IMG/VR virus record: IMGVR_UViG_3300049847_000494 | Span: 1-64,000 of that record | Strand: one strand, 5' to 3' | DNA: 64,000 nucleotides | Source: a virus | Shown here: in pieces, positions 62,799 to 64,000 of the stretch | How positions within the stretch are numbered: position 1 is the first letter of the stretch | How the letters are laid out: each line of letters begins with the position of its first letter | Program-made: the position numbers and the translations under genes | The notes under the pieces: generated by a model | What the model saw: the letters and a program-made list of their open reading frames with translations, nothing else | Told to the model about the DNA's origin: nothing | The model's database searches: none

Positions 62799-64000
62799 CT
62801 AACTAATATCTTCAAATATTTTTTTGTTGCTCGTAAACCCTGTAAGAAGGGTATTAGGTGTTTTTTCTTGAAAAGATTTACTACTTTTAATTATATTACC
62901 TAAAGTTTCCCCAGTCTTTTCGGGTGGTTTGCCCATAACTTCAGGTTTAGCTAGTGTATAAGCATACACATAATAAAGCTCGTTTTTAAGAGCTGTCTTG
63001 TCTTTTACAGTAGCAAGAAGCTTATCAGTTACTTCTTCAGCTAAATCGTTACGTAAATAAATACCATGTAAAATACCGGCACGAGCTAATATATACTGAA
63101 GAATTTGGTCTCTATTAGAGTTACCTGTGCTAACTAATTGTTCTACTGCTACCTTCGATAAAACTTGTCTATCAGTACCTTCTAGCAAACCAATAAGTTT
63201 ACGTGCCGCAACTTCAGCTTGTTCCAACGTTACACCTAAAAAGGGTGTAGTACCTACCCAATGAGGTAAGGATTTAAGCTCTCTGATGGATTCGCTATCC
63301 CCAACAAAAGCACCTTTGAATACAGGAGTTTGTTTAGGTGTACGATCCCAACGATGACCAATACCAGCACCGACAGTAGGTAGGGAAATATTAGGTGGTG
63401 CCTCTGGTGTTACCTCACTTGGTTCCGTGGGCAAACCAGTAGGTTCAGGAGGTGTTGTTTCAGTACCTGTATCAAGACCTGATAGATCCGATGTACCTAA
63501 ACCCGTACCAGTATCTAGGTCCATACCTAAACCAGCGCTACCTCCACCTAAACCTCCACCCAAACCACCAATATCACTAGCAGGACCGGTACTAGAACCA
63601 CCACCAGCTAAAGTCTCAGGAGCTTGCTCTTGAATCTTTTTAGCATGTGCTGATAACACTTTACGGAGGTCTAAATCATCATCAAACTGATTTATCTCAG
63701 AATCAATATTAATACCACCAGCAGCTGCCCAAGAACGCATAGTAACAGGTATACCCTTACCCTGCATAAACTCTAAAATAGCTAAGTAGTCACGGTCAGC
63801 GCTAGGGCGTAGTGACTTTTCCCACTTAAAATCAGGAAGTATATAATCTTCTAAGGTAGAAGATCTACTGACCCTAATACGATGAGATAACTCTGCTTCT
63901 GTACGCTTGACAAAACCATGTTTTTGTGCTAATGGTTTTAAAATACGATCGATAAGTAAATAATGGGTAAAGAAATTTCTGTGTGCTCGTATTTTCTCAA
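62799..64000 (-). CDS. Portal-like protein, C-terminal part (5' end beyond the window)
   Basis: Frame stays open to the window edge (EKIRAHRNFF...ILPDFKWEKSL...); Gly/Pro-rich linker; upstream of the protease-like gene. Confidence 0.55.
   Translation of the reverse strand, partial: EKIRAHRNFFTHYLLIDRILKPLAQKHGFVKRTEAELSHRIRVSRSSTLEDYILPDFKWEKSLRPSADRDYLAILEFMQGKGIPVTMRSWAAAGGINIDSEINQFDDDLDLRKVLSAHAKKIQEQAPETLAGGGSSTGPASDIGGLGGGLGGGSAGLGMDLDTGTGLGTSDLSGLDTGTETTPPEPTGLPTEPSEVTPEAPPNISLPTVGAGIGHRWDRTPKQTPVFKGAFVGDSESIRELKSLPHWVGTTPFLGVTLEQAEVAARKLIGLLEGTDRQVLSKVAVEQLVSTGNSNRDQILQYILARAGILHGIYLRNDLAEEVTDKLLATVKDKTALKNELYYVYAYTLAKPEVMGKPPEKTGETLGNIIKSSKSFQEKTPNTLLTGFTSNKKIFEDIS

Noticed and set aside
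1-64000. Stop-codon reassignment, CRISPR array or tRNA genes
   Set aside because: Conserved proteins are full length in code 11 and TAA, TAG and TGA all end genes. I saw no repeat-spacer array or cloverleaf by eye; tRNAscan would be needed to exclude tRNAs.
1-64000. Apparent abundance of AGCT/TAGC words
   Set aside because: Not counted; plausibly explained by GCT alanine codon preference after A-ending codons.

Overview
This window is part of a large, AT-rich, contractile-tailed (myovirus-type, probably jumbo) phage genome that uses the standard genetic code. Genes run almost entirely on + from 1 to 30292 and on - from 30289 to 64000. The + arm carries five glycine-rich or modular tail-fibre/adhesin genes, a fatty-acid-hydroxylase-like gene, dnaJ, and a UDG-like/exonuclease/PolA fusion with a LAGLIDADG intein. 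It also carries two divergent IS200/IS605 tnpB elements (one nested in an older tnpB relic), a histidine kinase/response regulator/REC-GGDEF operon, an IscA/ErpA gene and an MTase plus EcoRI/MunI-like nuclease pair. The - arm carries HNH, PhoH and phosphoesterase genes; a tail module (tape-measure-like protein, -1 frameshifting chaperone, tube, sheath); DnaX, dUTPase, dNMP kinase, dCTP deaminase, an RRM protein, a second MTase, an ATP-grasp protein, a homing endonuclease and a sigma-like protein; and a head module (portal-like, protease-like, scaffold-like, decoration-like). The strongest unexplained signal is at 22575-24328. There the 3' end of a phage gene is duplicated on both sides of a tnpB cassette, the copies differ by six synonymous substitutions plus an A-run, and the displaced copy sits where the TnpB guide would be. 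This suggests RNA-guided homing with recoded gene-end replacement. All calls come from reading motifs by eye; no searches were run.
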